Source: Ginglymostoma cirratum
Taxonomy: Eukaryota
Direction of reading: 5' to 3'
Length of the DNA: 64,000 bases
NCBI GenBank assembly: GCA_024137785.1
Contig: JAHRHZ010000043.1
Location: forward strand, 27,041,729-27,105,728
Translations under genes and position numbers: made by a program
The notes under the pieces: model-generated
Told to the model about the DNA's origin: nothing
What the model saw: the letters and a program-made list of their open reading frames with translations, nothing else
Database searches by the model: none
Shown: positions 25,110-38,384 of the stretch, piece by piece
Layout: every line of letters starts with the position of its first letter
Position numbering within the stretch: position 1 is the first letter of the stretch

Positions 25110-27250
25110 GGTGGTTTGTCATCTCAGCTCCAGGGCATCTCTGTAGGAGTTCCTCAGGGTAGTGTCCTCGGCCCAAACATCTTCAACTGCTTCATCAATG
25201 GCCCTCTCTCCACCATAAAGGTCAGAAGTGGGGATGTACACCGATGATTGCACAATGTTCAGCACCATTCATGACTCCTCAGATACTGAAGCAGTCCATG
25301 TTCAAATGCAACAAGATCTGGACAATATCCAGGCTTGGGCTGACATGTGGCAAGTAACATTTGCCAGGCAAGGACCACCTCCAAACAGAGACAACCTAAC
25401 CACCACCCCTTGACATTCAGTCATGTTACCTTTACTGAATCCCCACTATCAACATCCTGGGGTTACCATTGAACCTTGCTACAAAAGCAGGTCAGAGGCT
25501 AGTTACTTGCAGCAAGTAACTCACCTCCTAACTCCCCAAAGCCTGTCCACCATTGTAGGACTGAGACTCCCAAACAGGGACAAAGACTCAGGAGGCCAAC
25601 AGGATTCAGGCACATGGCAAAATTTTATTGAAACGATAACCGGTTAATGTAGGGAGAGGACCAAAGGATCTTCCCCGAATCTGGCCTTGACATGAGAACA
25701 CAATTGTTCCCTTAATCTACAGCTCAGTTTGGAAGAGAGATCAATGACACACTCTGATTTTTACATAAGAGAAGTATTTTTATATATTTTGTGTTACAGT
25801 GATCACACACAACATGGTTACTGTGCCCTTCCCCTTCCCATCTATGTGACTAATCCTATAAAACACCTGATCAATGATGGGCATTCCTGTTGACAGCCCC
25901 AGGTTCCTTTAGTCTTTCATGATGTTTAACAATCATTGTAATCTCTAGGATTTGGGATTTTTCTTTGTTGCATTCCAAAGTTACTGGCTGTTTTTTGGTC
26001 ATGTCCCTGATTTGCTTATCTCCACAGACTGCTTGAATTCTATTGTTCATTGTACTTTCTATCTCTATCAAATTTAATTACTACTTTTTATGTAAAATAC
26101 AGTTGATTCTGTATAAGATTCATAATATTAATTTTTATTATAAATTTTTATAATTACTTCTACTGTTAGCACTCTTTAGCTAGTGAGACAAGATATGTCA
26201 CACATCTCAGTAGTGTTTTCCCTTAGCGCTTTCTTTTATAAAATTCTAAAATTATGTTGAAATTTATCTCTGTAATTATGTAAAGAATATTTAACTAGAA
26301 CTTATTTCTTAATATTGTAAATAATTTCAAGGAAACAGCTAAATTTCTGCAAGGCAACTTTAGCTGCTGTTTTCATGGCTGCATGATGCTTAACTAATGC
26401 TGTTTGCCTAATGGGAAAGCATCCTTTCATTAATGAGACTGGAATTAATTACTTGTAGTTTAATGATCCTTCAAAGTTTCTTTTTACGCACTTGTGTTTG
26501 TTTAAAATCTTCAAATTGTTTGTCCTTGAATATTTCCTTGTAACTTGTTTAGATAATGCTGCCTTTTGCCTCGGAATAAGCTCATCTCAAAGGCATTATA
26601 GTTTCAGTTAAACGCTAAAGGTGGCTTTTTAAATCAATTGGTCAACCATTTCATGTCCAAATGCTGAAGCAGACCTTTTAAATTTGTTGGTCAACCATTT
26701 TGTGTGTCTCAAATATAGGGGCAGCTCCAACAACCATCTACAAGGCACAAGTTACAAATGTGATGGAATACTTCTCACTTGCCTGGATGTGTGCAGCTCC
26801 AACAACATTCCAGAAGCTTAACACCATCCAAAACAAAGCAGTCCATTTGATTGGCACGACATCCACAAACATCCACTCCCTCCACCACTGACATTCAGTA
26901 GCAGCAGTGAGAACCATTGACAAGATGCACTATTGGAATTCACCAAAGATCCTTATATACCACCTTCGAACCTCAAGACCGCTTTCGTCCAGAAGGACGA
27001 GGCAGCAGATACAGGGGAAGATCATCACTGGCAAATTCCTCTTCAGTTACTCACCATCCTGATTTGGAAATATATCATCATTGCTTTAGTGGTCACTGGA
27101 TCAAAATCCTGGAAATCCCTCTCTGAGAATATTGTTGGCCTACCTACAACATGTGGACTGCAGCAGTTCAAGAAGGCACCTCACCCCTAACAATTAGGGA
27201 TGGGTGATAAATGCTGGCCAGCCAGTGGTGCCATATCTTATGAGTGATAA
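25110..27250 (+). mobile_element. CR1/L2-group LINE 3' half, split by a solo LTR
   Basis: GVPQGSVLGPNIFNCFIN, MYTDDCT, QQDLDNIQAWADMWQVTF, LTPQSLST | IYKAQVTNVMEYFSLAW...LNTIQNKAVHLIG. Confidence 0.85.
25554..26732 (-). mobile_element. Solo LTR (ERV or LTR retrotransposon), 1179 bp
   Basis: TG...CA ends with imperfect inverted termini (TGTAGGACTG / CAGCTCCAACA); 5 bp TSD ACCAT at 25549-25553 and 26733-26737; minus-strand TATATAAAA near 25780 and AATAAA at 25624-25629. Confidence 0.8.
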
Positions 27251-27499
27251 AATACATCACTGTAGCCGGAAATATGACCATGAGTCAACTTTCAACTGAA
27301 TGTATGTAAAACTCATCGAACAGTTTATTGAGTTTCATTGTTAGTGGTTAGAACTTGAATATCAAGAACATTTTCAATGGTTTAATCCTGTTATTATCAT
27401 AAAAATATGGTTGGATTTGGAAAGCCTGCTCAAAATGGAGGTTTACACCTACCTTTACTTTCTACTTCTACTCTAAGTCCAATTTTCATTACATTGAAA

Positions 27500-27890
27500 T
27501 ATCTAAAATTTTACTTCTTGTTTTTAAATCTCCCCTTGCCTCTCTCCTTTCTAGCTCTGTAATCTCCTCCAGCCCCACAACCTTTTGAGACCCCAGTGCT
27601 GATCTCATTCTGGTCAACTGAACATTCCTAATTACAAATAGTCAGTTAGCAGCTGCGCTTTCGATCACATCAGCTCCAAGCTTTGGAATATCCTCCCTGC
27701 AGTTCTCTGTCCCTCTACTCACTTTTCTCCTTTCGGAATCTCCTTAACTCTGCTTCTTTGACCAAGCATTTGATCATCTGACCCAATATCTCCTTATTTG
27801 TTTCAGTATCAAATTGTACTTCAAAATTATCACATGTAGAGCCGTGCGACATTTTATTTTGTAAAAGGCACTATATAAATATAAACTGTC
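27500..27890 (+). mobile_element. L2 LINE 3' end fragment
   Basis: TTTAAATCTCCCC...CTCTGTAATCTCCTCCAGCCC...AAGCTTTGGAATATCCTCCC...GGCACTATATAAATATAA resembles L2 3' ends. Confidence 0.55.
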
Positions 27891-29184
27891 ATTGATCTGT
27901 GCCAATAATTACTTTGGATGTTTTGCTGTATTGAAAATCACTATGTAAATGGTCGACAAGACAATGGATCATAGTGCATTTAATCTCATCAGGCAATATG
28001 GGGAGAGAATGTGGAACATTCACTTTATAAACAACAAATACAGTTAAATTAAAATGCCATCTTGTTCCATAATTGATGTTAATCAAGTTAAACATTTAGT
28101 ACAAATTATAGAAACAAGATAATTTTAGCATCGCAGTGATTGCATCAATAAGGTATATCACTCGAACTTTAATCTGCACTTTGATTATATAATGTGAGGA
28201 GCATTGAGAAAATGCTTATGATAAATTCTTCATACAGATGGCCTATTGAGTGTTTTCCAGAATTTTCTATTTTTGAACTATTAGGAATCAGTGAAATCTG
28301 CAAATAATTCTTAGAAATCTCTACTTGCCATCAAGATTGAGGGTTTTCTATTGGACAGCCATGCGGCATTTTAAAACAATCAAATTTACACCACAAAGAA
28401 CTGCCCAGAATGCAGCATCCCCAGTGCTGGTAAAAAAAAATCTCGGATAAAACATGATTTCATTTTTTCTCATTCATGACCTAATATGCAATACATTTCG
28501 AGAGATTCTTTAAATAAATTTTATCGAATACTAAACATGTTCCACTGATTTATAAATATATACATTTTGAGGATTTTAGACACTTAAACCACTACTTTAA
28601 ATATTCACTCCTTCCACCATTGGTGCGACATGTCAACAGTTTGTAACTTCTGATAGGTTCACTATAGCAACTCATTAAAGTCGCAGTGACAGCACTTGGC
28701 AAACCTATAATTCCTGGAACAACAAGGGTAGACTGCCACCTTTCAACTTCTCCTCCAACATCCTTACTTGGAAATAATGGAAAATAAATTCATGGTCCAA
28801 AGAGTAATGTCAGAAAAATAGAGATTTCAATTCACAGGGCATTGGCACCTACTTGGAAAAATGCTGAAGAGCTGTTACATGCAATGGGTTTCACAAACAA
28901 TCTGATTTGATTCTTCTGGCACTCCCATCGTCTTGTCTGTTGTACCAAGCTCTATTAAGTTCCACCCATGGATATAAGATGACAAAGGCTATGAAATTAA
29001 AATTCCAGTATACAAAACATGTCAAAAAGAAAAGAACAGTGTCAAAAGAGGAAAGGTCTTCAAAGCAAAAGGATGATATGAAGACAATAACATGGAATGA
29101 TCCTGGTTCAGATAATCATATCATAAAATCACAATGGATATAGATTATGAATAGCAAGCATTAGAAAATGCTGGTGGTTCCTTT

Positions 29185-30435
29185 TATAGGCTCGGTACTG
29201 CAGGGATCACCAATCCCAGCTTCACAATATGTATTAATGATTTAATTGAGGGAACTAAATACAATATCTCCAAATTTGCAGATGACACAAAGCTGGTTGT
29301 GAGGGTGAACTGGGAGGAGGATACAGAGATGTTTTAGTATGATTTGGTGAAGTTGAGTGAGTGAGCAAATGCATGGCAATTGCAGTATTATGTGGATGAA
29401 TGTAAGGTTATCTACGTTGGTAGCAAAAACAGGAAGGCAGATTATTATCTGAACAGCTATAAACTGAGAGAGGAGAATGTGCAACAAGTCCAGCATGTCC
29501 TTGTACACCAGTTACTGAAGGTAAGCATGCAGACAACAAAGGAGGTAAATGGTATGTTTCTCATGGTATATCTTCACATAGAGAGAAGATTTCAGTACAG
29601 GAGAAGGATGCCTTGCTGGAATTATACAGGGTCTTGGTGACACCACATCTGCAATATTGCAATAAAAAACAAAGAAATGTGGATGCTGGAAATCAGAAAT
29701 TGCTGGAAAAACTCAGCAGGCCTGAAAACATCTGTGGAGAGAAAGTGGAGTTAATATTTTGTATTCAGTGACCCTTCTTCAGAACATCTACAGAACCATT
29801 CTAAAGTTGGGTCACTGGACCCGAAACATTAACTCTGCTTTCTCTCTATGGATGCTGCCAGACCTGTTGAGTGTTTCCAGCAATTTCTGATTTTGTTTCT
29901 GCAATATTGTGTGCCGTTATGGTCTCCTTATCCAAGAAAGGATGTCCTTACTGCAGAAGGAGTGTAACGAAGGTTTATCGCACTGATTCCTGGGATGGTG
30001 AGATATAGGGGAAGGTCAAATCAGTTTGGATTATATTCACTGGAGTTCAGAAGAATGAGGGAGGATCTCACAGAATTCTAACAGGACAAGATAGGGTAGA
30101 TGCAGGAAGAATGTTTCCAATGGTGCAGGAGTCCAGAGTCAGGGGCCACGGTCTAAGGATATGCAACAAATTTTTTAAGACTGAGATGAGGAAAAATTTC
30201 TTCAACCAGAGAATGGTGAGCCTGTGGAATCGCTACCACAGAAAGCAGTTATAGAAGGCATTATATGATTTCAAGAAGGAGTTCAATATAGCTAAAGGGA
30301 TCAAAAGACATGAGAGAATAGCAGGAACAGGCTATCAAGTTGACTGATCAGCCATGATCATAATGAATAGTGGAACAGGCTTGAAGGGGCTGAATGATCT
30401 ACTGCTGCTCCTATTTTCTATGTTTCTGTGTTTCT
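29185..30435 (+). mobile_element. Decayed CR1 LINE 3' third (RT C-terminus plus tail)
   Basis: ISKFADDTKL and WQLQYYVDECKVIYVG motifs; tail TTTTCTATGTTTCTGTGTTTCTAAG. Confidence 0.85.
29660..29897. mobile_element. Fold-back PLE mini-element inserted in CR1 with 12 bp TSD
   Basis: TCTGCAATATTG at 29648-29659 and 29898-29909; inverted arms about 29690-29784 / 29799-29892, each with a partly decayed hammerhead-like core. Confidence 0.85.
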
Positions 30436-30549
30436 AAGAAGTGAACACAATCATTTGCTTCTCCAGGGCACCTCATTACTGAAGGGATGCGAGTAGGGGA
30501 CAAGGTGTGAATACTGATTCATTACGTCCCCATTTGTTGAATGTCAGTT

Positions 30550-30932
30550 CATCATGAAACCAGCCTTCCTTTCATTGACTCCCTCTACACTTCCCACTGC
30601 CTCAGGAAAGCAACCAACATAATTAAAGACCCCTCCCACCCCAGTTATACTCTCTTTCACCCTCTTCCATAGGGCAGAAGATACAAAAGTTTGAAAACAC
30701 GTACCAACAGATTTCAGAACAACTTCTTCCCTGCTGTTATCAGACTTACGAATGGGCCTTTCATATATTAGAGTTGATCTTTCTCTATACCTTCTCTTGA
30801 GCTGTAACACTATATTCTGAATTCTATTGCCCTAACGTGTTTATGTAAGGTATGATTTGTCTGGTTAGCATGCAATACAATACTTTTCACTGTATCTCAG
30901 TACGTGACAATAATAAATCAAATTAAATCAAA
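30550..30932 (+). mobile_element. Rex1/Babar-like LINE 3' end
   Basis: Encodes CLRKATNIIKDPSHP...LP.GRRYKSLKTRT.RFQNNFFPAVIRL.N; tail GACAATAATAAATCAAATTAAATCAAA. Confidence 0.7.
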
Positions 30933-32662
30933 CCACTGAACCTGTTGTTCAAATTCAAGAGCTAAGGTTCCTCCATTTCTACCTGCTGGATCCTCATATT
31001 AACCTGACTTTCAGTCACATCTCCTGTCCTTGAGCATCGACCAACTCAAAAATCCTACCTGACTTCAGGGATGCGACCATCTCCTGGAACAACGTATCCA
31101 AGTCAATCTCCCTCCCTTGCCCCATAATTTCTGTGACTCTGACTTTGGCTCAGTAACTGTAAGCTGACATTGTTCAAGCTACAAGCATTTACTGCAGATA
31201 TGATTGTCTGGGACTGCAATACATTCTACAAATTCCATATGTTGTAGTCATGATACAGCACCATCCCTGACATGCCTGTTTATGTACTTCTACTGTCTCT
31301 TAACTCCAACCAAAAAGATTCTAACCCTTCCTGGACATCCTTTATCTGGCACGGTAGTATCATTAAAACCACCTTTCTTATTCCTTTTCTTCCTTATCTT
31401 TCCCTAACACCTTGTATCCAGGAATATTTAGTACACCACCCTGCCATTTTTTTAGGCCAGTTTTCTGCTATCACTGACTTATTGTGGCTACTTTAGCTTG
31501 CAGAAATCTTTTGTTTTGCCATTCTTTTTGTGTTTGCATACATGCATTTATTCTAAAACAAATTGTAATTAATGCTCTAATTGCACATTAAATGTTATAA
31601 CAAGATCACTGGATATAATCTCAAGTAGGACGCAAACTGTAAGGTGTCAAATATGGTTGATATGTGACAGGATCGAAGCCTCCAAAGAATTGATTGTTTT
31701 TATTAGTGCCAAACTCCTTGTTCTGCCTCATAAGCCAGTGATGTTAAGTGGCAGTGTACTTTCATTTTGTTAACTGCTCAGACTTTTCCCACACTGATAC
31801 AAACTCTACAAATCTTACCATGCCACAACTAAGACATTCTAAATTCTTGCCATTTACCACTTTCTGACATTTTATCACCTTTCTGCTTTATCTCATCCGC
31901 CAGGACAAAAATATAATTCTAAATAATACTTAAATAATCCTGGTAGTCTGTTATACGTAAAAGGCAAAAGGATTTAACATTGATTTGCAAATATATTCCT
32001 TTGCCAACTTCTGCTGAGTTATAGGTTCCACAGACATTGACCACACTGTCCTCCACTGAAGTGCTCATCTTTCATGTGGGAGCTAAGAGGGTGATGGTTC
32101 TCCCAAGGAAGCATCTCAGATCACTCCAATTCCAATTTCATTCAATTGTCACATGTACATATTTCTCTTGGTATGAATCGCTGGTCATGTAAAGACCACT
32201 TTTACTTTTGGACTGTGGACCAAAAATTGGAAAAGATACCACTTTAAACCAAGGAGACTGTGGAAGTAGATACTTGAAGTTTTTAGAACAGGTTTGTACT
32301 GGAACACAGTGTGAGTTAAAGCTACAGTATTGCCTTATTTGAGCAGTGGGGGAGAATACTAGACACAATGGTGCCACTTGTGTATTCTAGGAAATCCTGT
32401 TCACATTTGATTGGTTTTTAAATTGACAAAAAACTTTCCTGGTAGCTGCTGTCACTCAATATTTCCCTGTAAACAATTCTCATTACAAATTCCCTTGGCG
32501 AAAGGCAAAAGAGGAGGGGGAGAAAACATCTTTAAAGAAACTGACAGGACAGGTCCTCAGCCAGTGAATTCAAGACCGAGAATTGGTAGATCCAGAACCT
32601 TGCATCGTTGGTAAAGGATTGGAAGGATTCAAGAGAAAACCAAATAAAATAATTCATCTGTG

Positions 32663-32920
32663 ATTCAGAAAATTGTAAGAACTGCCAATGATGGAGTCAG
32701 AGACAACATAATATGGAGCTGGAGGAACACAGCAGCCCAGGCAGCATCAGAGGAGCCGGAATGTTGATGCTTTGGGTCAGGACCCTTCTTCAGAAATGGC
32801 CCCATTTCTTGCCCCATTTCTGATGAAGGGTCCCAACCCGAAACGCTAACTTTTCTGCTCCTTTGATGCTGCCTGGCCTGCTGTGTTCCTCCAGCTCTAT
32901 ACTGTGCTGTCTCATCTCTG
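32663..32920. mobile_element. Fold-back PLE mini-element with 11 bp TSD
   Basis: ATTCATCTGTG at 32652-32662 and 32921-32931; ~100 bp inverted arms 32700-32799 / 32814-32913; cores CTGATGA...GAAAC on + (32820-32844) and CTGAAGA on - (32787-32793). Confidence 0.85.
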
Positions 32921-34094
32921 ATTCATCTGTGTCTGTGATCTGAGATCTGTGCTTCTTTAACTTTTTTCCTTTCCTCACCCCTAACACTTGTATCATGTCT
33001 TGTCACTTTTTGTGTCTGTTTGTCTGTGTTCAGGAATTTTTTAAAAAAGATACAGTTTAAATTATAAAATTATTAAATTAACTAATCATTTTTCTTTTCC
33101 ATTGTCTAAAAACAGTTTGATGATAATTTTTAGTTGTTTTCTTGTTAATAAAAATCCTGTTTGTGCATATTCTTTTAACCTGATTTAAAGAGTTAGGTAA
33201 AATCAATAGTTGAATTAAATTTTAACATCTATGGCAACATCAGGAATAATGAGTCTTGACTTCTGGTCCATTACTGCAGACAGTCATGATCGTTATCTGC
33301 TTTGGGAACCATGTTTGATAGCCTCATCACCCAAATCCCAGGCCATTGATAGTCAAGCCACTTCTAACATTACATTAGGAGCTGAAGTTATTTTTTTTTT
33401 CCCAATTTTCTTGAACGTGACTGGAAAACTTCTAAAAACACAAAGTGTTTGAAAATTCCACACCACAGTTTTATGGTATTCCTGTTTTCAGGTCAGAAGG
33501 GCCATTGAACATTTTAAAGTTGTTATTTGGATTCAGTTGGTATTTATAAACAACATGTTTTCTAGTTAGCAAAGTTTGAGATTTGTTAGGGAGGGGGTAC
33601 GCAGAAGGAGCACTTTACAATGTTGACCTTTGTTTAAAATAAGGTTGATGGTGTACCCTCATTCGTTATTACTTCAGCTAAATGCACTAGCACGTAACTG
33701 CACCTTATGTGAATTACAGAATCTTCTCATCAAACAGTTCTAGTGAATTGCAATCGATCTACACATTTTATTCTTTGGACCTTTTGTGCAGAAAAATTAG
33801 GTTCGAGACTCCTGAAGAAAATGCTTGTGTCTGATCAATAATGCATTTACACATGGAATGGGATTTATTTCTTGAGGGTGAAATGCAGCAAAGTGAGGTG
33901 CATTTTTAAATCAAAACTCCAAGATGCCCAAGCTCTGAGGTAGCTTTTGTTCTCACATCTTCACACATTTTGCACAGACAAAAGCATCAAGTGGAGGAAG
34001 GAAACTTGGGTTGATTATCTATCCGACTGTCTGTAACATGAACATTCCTATTTGTTAAAGTCTGACAAGTACATGCTAATTGATAATTGATGAT

Positions 34095-34410
34095 GGCATG
34101 CTGGTGATATCTGTGGATCCAGTAAATCCAGGGGCATGCATTCAAATCTCAACTGTGTCAACTGGTAGAGATGCAATGTAATTAATGAATCTAAAATGTA
34201 AAGCTGAGCAATTGTACTATGACATTATCATCAATTGTCATAATGGGTCCTTTGGAGAAGGAAACCTGTCATCCAGACCTGGTCTACGTGTGACTCCAGA
34301 CCCGTGGTAATGTGATTGACACTGAAATGACTGAACAAATCACTCAGATTCAGGATGAGCAACTGCACATAGGACTTTCCAGTGATGCCCACATTCCAAC
34401 AGAGGAAAAA
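34095..34410 (+). mobile_element. Old tRNA-derived SINE with CR1/L2-group tail
   Basis: Decayed B-box ATTCAAATCTC; core GTCCTTTGGAGAAGGAAACCTG...GTGACTCCAGACCC; tail CCAGTGATGCCCACATTCC shared with the LINE tails above. Confidence 0.5.
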
Positions 34411-34874
34411 AATGACTTTGTATCCATTGATTACTGTCCCATTGTATTATAGTAAGTCATAAGACAAATGTATTATACAAAGCTTGCAAAATGCAACATT
34501 TTTACGTGTCAAAGTTGAAAATATTACATTTTACAGACTGGATAATATGGAATTCGGAGTGTCTGTCCTGAGTTCAAAGACAAGATTGACAGAGAACAGT
34601 TTTATCTTTATTCCACTGCTGTTGAAATAAAAATCTAATAAAATTAGACTTTGGTTTCTTGTGGTACTCCACTCCCATTGTTGTTTGGTGGTTATACTTT
34701 TAGCCATGTAGGTCTTAAAACTGTGGAAACTTACCTTAAACCTGACCAACCCTGTTTACTACCTGGACCCTCCTTAATATCTACTCTTTTAACCAAATGT
34801 TTAATTATATGTCTTTTTGCAAGCCCCTTCTTTGACCCAGTATCAATTTTTATCTGGTTATGAGCTGAAATTTC

Positions 34875-36710
34875 CCTGCTCCTGGAAGTAGGAAAGAACT
34901 TAGCAAGGAGTTAGGAGGGCAAAAAGTGGACATGAAATGTCCTTTGCAGACAAGATTAAGGACATTCATTCATATATAAATGGAGCAAGAGGGTAGCTAA
35001 GGAAAAGGTAGATCCACTTGAGGACAAAGGAGGAAATTTATACGTGGAGCCAGAGGAAGTGGCTTAGGTCCTTCATAAATAGTCATGATGGATGGTGAGT
35101 TTTGAAAGGGGTGTTTTGAAAAGCATTAAGGTAGACAAGTTCCCAGAACTTGATGGGATTTATCCCAGAATACTTAGGAAAGCAAGCGAGAAAATTGCTG
35201 AGGTATTGTACAGTCTTTATACACTCTTTAGTCACACTAAAGGTTCCAGAAGACTGGAGAAGAGCCAATGTTGTTCCTTTATTTAAGAAGGTCAGCAGGA
35301 TAATCTGGGAAGTTACAAGTGTATGAGACTAATGTCATTTGTAGAGAAATTACCGGAGAAGATTCTTAGTGATGGGATTTATTCAAATTCTGAAAAATAT
35401 GGACTTATTAGCAACAGGCAAAATGGCTTTGTGCAGGGGCGACATGTCTCACAAACTCGATTGAACTTTTTGAGAAAGTGACAATGATGATTGATGAGGG
35501 CAGGACGGTAGATGTTGTATATATGAACTTTAGCAAGGCCTCTGACAAGGTCCCTCATGGCAGGCTGATAGGAAAGGTGAAGTCACATGAGACCCATGGT
35601 CAGCTGGTAAGATGGATACAGAACTGGCTTAGTCATAGAAAACAGAGAGTAGCAGTGGAAGGATACATTCCTGACTGGAGATCTGTGACCAGTGGTATTT
35701 CACAGAGATGCTGGGACCTCTTTTGTTTGTAATATATATAAATGTTTTGGAAGAGAATATGGGTGGCCTGATTAGTAAGTTTGCAGATGACACAAAAATT
35801 TAGGGAGCTAAAGTGAGGAGGATTACCTGAGGATACAGCAGGATATAGATAGGCTGGAGACTTGGTTGGAGAAATGGCAGATGGAATTTAATCCAGACAA
35901 ATGTGAGGTGATGCATTTTGGAAGGTCTAATGCAGGAGGGAAGTATACATATAATGTCAGAACCCTTAGAAGCATTAACATAACGATGGATTTAGGTTTA
36001 CAGATCCACAGTTCCCTGAAAGTGGCCGCACAAGCGGATAATGTGGCCAAGAAGGTATATGGCATGCTTGCCTGCATTGGTCAGGGCATAAAGTACAAAA
36101 ATTGGCAAGTCGTCTTACAGTTGCAGCTATATAGAACTTTAGTTAGACCACATTTGAAATATTGCATACAGTTCTAGTTGCCAGGCTACCAGAAGGATGT
36201 GGAAGCTTTGAAGAGGGCACGGAAAAGATTTATCAGGATGTTGCTGGGGATTGGTTTGAAGATTATCAGCTGTGAGGATAGATTGGACTAACTTGGCTTG
36301 TTTTCACTTGAACCTCAAAGGCTGAGGGGATGATCTGATAGGAGTTTACAAGATAATGAGAGACATGGACCGAATGGATAGCCGAGTCTTTTAACCAGGG
36401 TGGAAATTCAATTATTAGGGTACATGAGTTTGAGGTAAACGGCGGGAAACTTAAAGAAAATGTGAAAGGCAAGTACTTTGCACAGTGGGTGATAAGTGCC
36501 TGGAATGCGCTGTCAGAGGAGTTGGTAGAAGTTGATACAATAGAAACTTTGAGGAGCACCTTAACAGATGCATGAACAGGCAGAGAATGGAGGTATACGG
36601 ACTACATAGAGGCAAGGGGTTTTTAGTTTAGAAAGGCGTCAAGTGTCAGTGCAGGCTCGGTGGACTGAAGGGCCCGTTCCTGTGTTGTACTGCTCTTTGT
36701 TTTTTGTTCT
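34875..36710 (+). mobile_element. Decayed CR1 LINE ORF2 (RT) and 3' end
   Basis: DKFPELDGIYPRIL, VDVVYMNFSKASDKVPHGRL, SKFADDTKI, WQMEFNPDKCEVMHFG and YRTLVRPHLKYCIQF motifs. Confidence 0.9.
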
Positions 36711-38384
36711 CTGACATAGATGAGTCAGTTAGGAAAACATGACACAATTGGAAAGTTAAATTCCTGACTTCAGAAAAAAAAGACTCTGATTTCGTATATC
36801 AAATTTTGCATGGTGAATGAGAACCTCACAACTAAGAGACAAGAGACCTACTTGCGTGCATTAATGTCTCATGTATCTGCAAATATTTATTAACCCATGT
36901 GCCAGAGAGAAACAATACAGTGACAATTTCCGACCGGACCACTTTGTTCAGGGGAGCCAGGTACCAATCTCCTGCATTCGAGCAGAGGATACCTTGGGGC
37001 TCTCAGCTTGCTTTCTTAGCACTCATTCCCTTTGTGCCAACTTGGATGCTCACAGCATCTCTGCCTGGCCTTTTTGCACAATGACGTCTCATTCAAAACT
37101 TAAAGGCTAATAGTTCCTCTGTCTTGCATTGCTGTTTAGCGCAGACACAAAGCCAGGCTGCTTGTCATTGTTAGCAAAAATGATCAGTCAAGGGGTGGAC
37201 GTGACACCACCTTACATCAATCTCACACCTGCACCATGTGCTAGCAGCTTGTGCAGCAAACATACTGCATGTACCTTGACTAAATGGCCAATTTTCAAAA
37301 GTCTAGGGGAAGTAGTCCTCAGCCAAACCAAGGGAGACTCATGTCAGTCAAGGGGTCCTGCTACAGTAAGTCAAGGGCAGTATTGATGTCAGTCCAAGGT
37401 TTTCGACATAGTCATTCAGCAGTTTGGGGCAGTTAATGCTACATAATCTATATCACTGTGGGTCAGAGAATGGGCCATGGTTAGTCCTTCAGGTCCAGTG
37501 TAACCAGTCTGGGGATTCCTAGTAAGTCAGTTGGGGAGTTGTTCAGAGATCAGTCAGGTGTCCAGTCACTCACTAGTTGGGGCTGTGTGTCCAAGTCAGT
37601 CAGGGAGGTGGGTGACAGTTAGTCCTGAGGGTCTGCTCACCAAATGTCAAGGGTGACTGAGCCATTGCTATGGAACGAAAGCTGGGTAAGTCAGCTGCAT
37701 GGATTGGACGCAGAATGCTGAGATGCAGATGGACAATAATTGCGAAGGGTGGCAATTAACATTTGAAGGGTGGAAGACATTGGTTCTATTGGGACAGCAT
37801 CATTGATAGTCATAACTACCCTGGTTTTGACAGGGGAACAGTATAGCATGATGGCTGGCATAGTTAAACTTTAGGGCAGGGCTCAGGGTAATCTGGGGGA
37901 ATGAAAAGTGAAATGAAAGAGTTGTGTGAGAACGTGTGGAAGCTCTGTACTGATGGGTCAAAAAGGAGTACAAGAAAGAAAAGAACACAGAGGTTTGTGG
38001 AGGGGAGCTCTTGATTAACAGATGAGACTGCAACTCATTCTGCCAAGTGACCTGTGGTACCTTCAATCTTCATGGGAATCGCAAATGTGCCATGGAACTG
38101 GAAAATGGCTGTGACCACACCCAACACGGGCAGAATAAGTAAGTTTTTTTCTGACTGAACTCGTGGGCTTTACTTGTCAGTGATGTGAGACCTTTGAAGG
38201 AGCAATTGCATTAATCAGACATTTTCACAGAACAGGTTGAAGACATCTGCAACAATAGAACCCTACGTGTGATTTGTATGCAGTGTATAATAGTGTGGGA
38301 TATAAATCCTGGTCACAGGCAATCTTTTGATGACCTGCAGAGACTTGTTATTTGACACTCCACTCACATCATTTGTATGATCTT

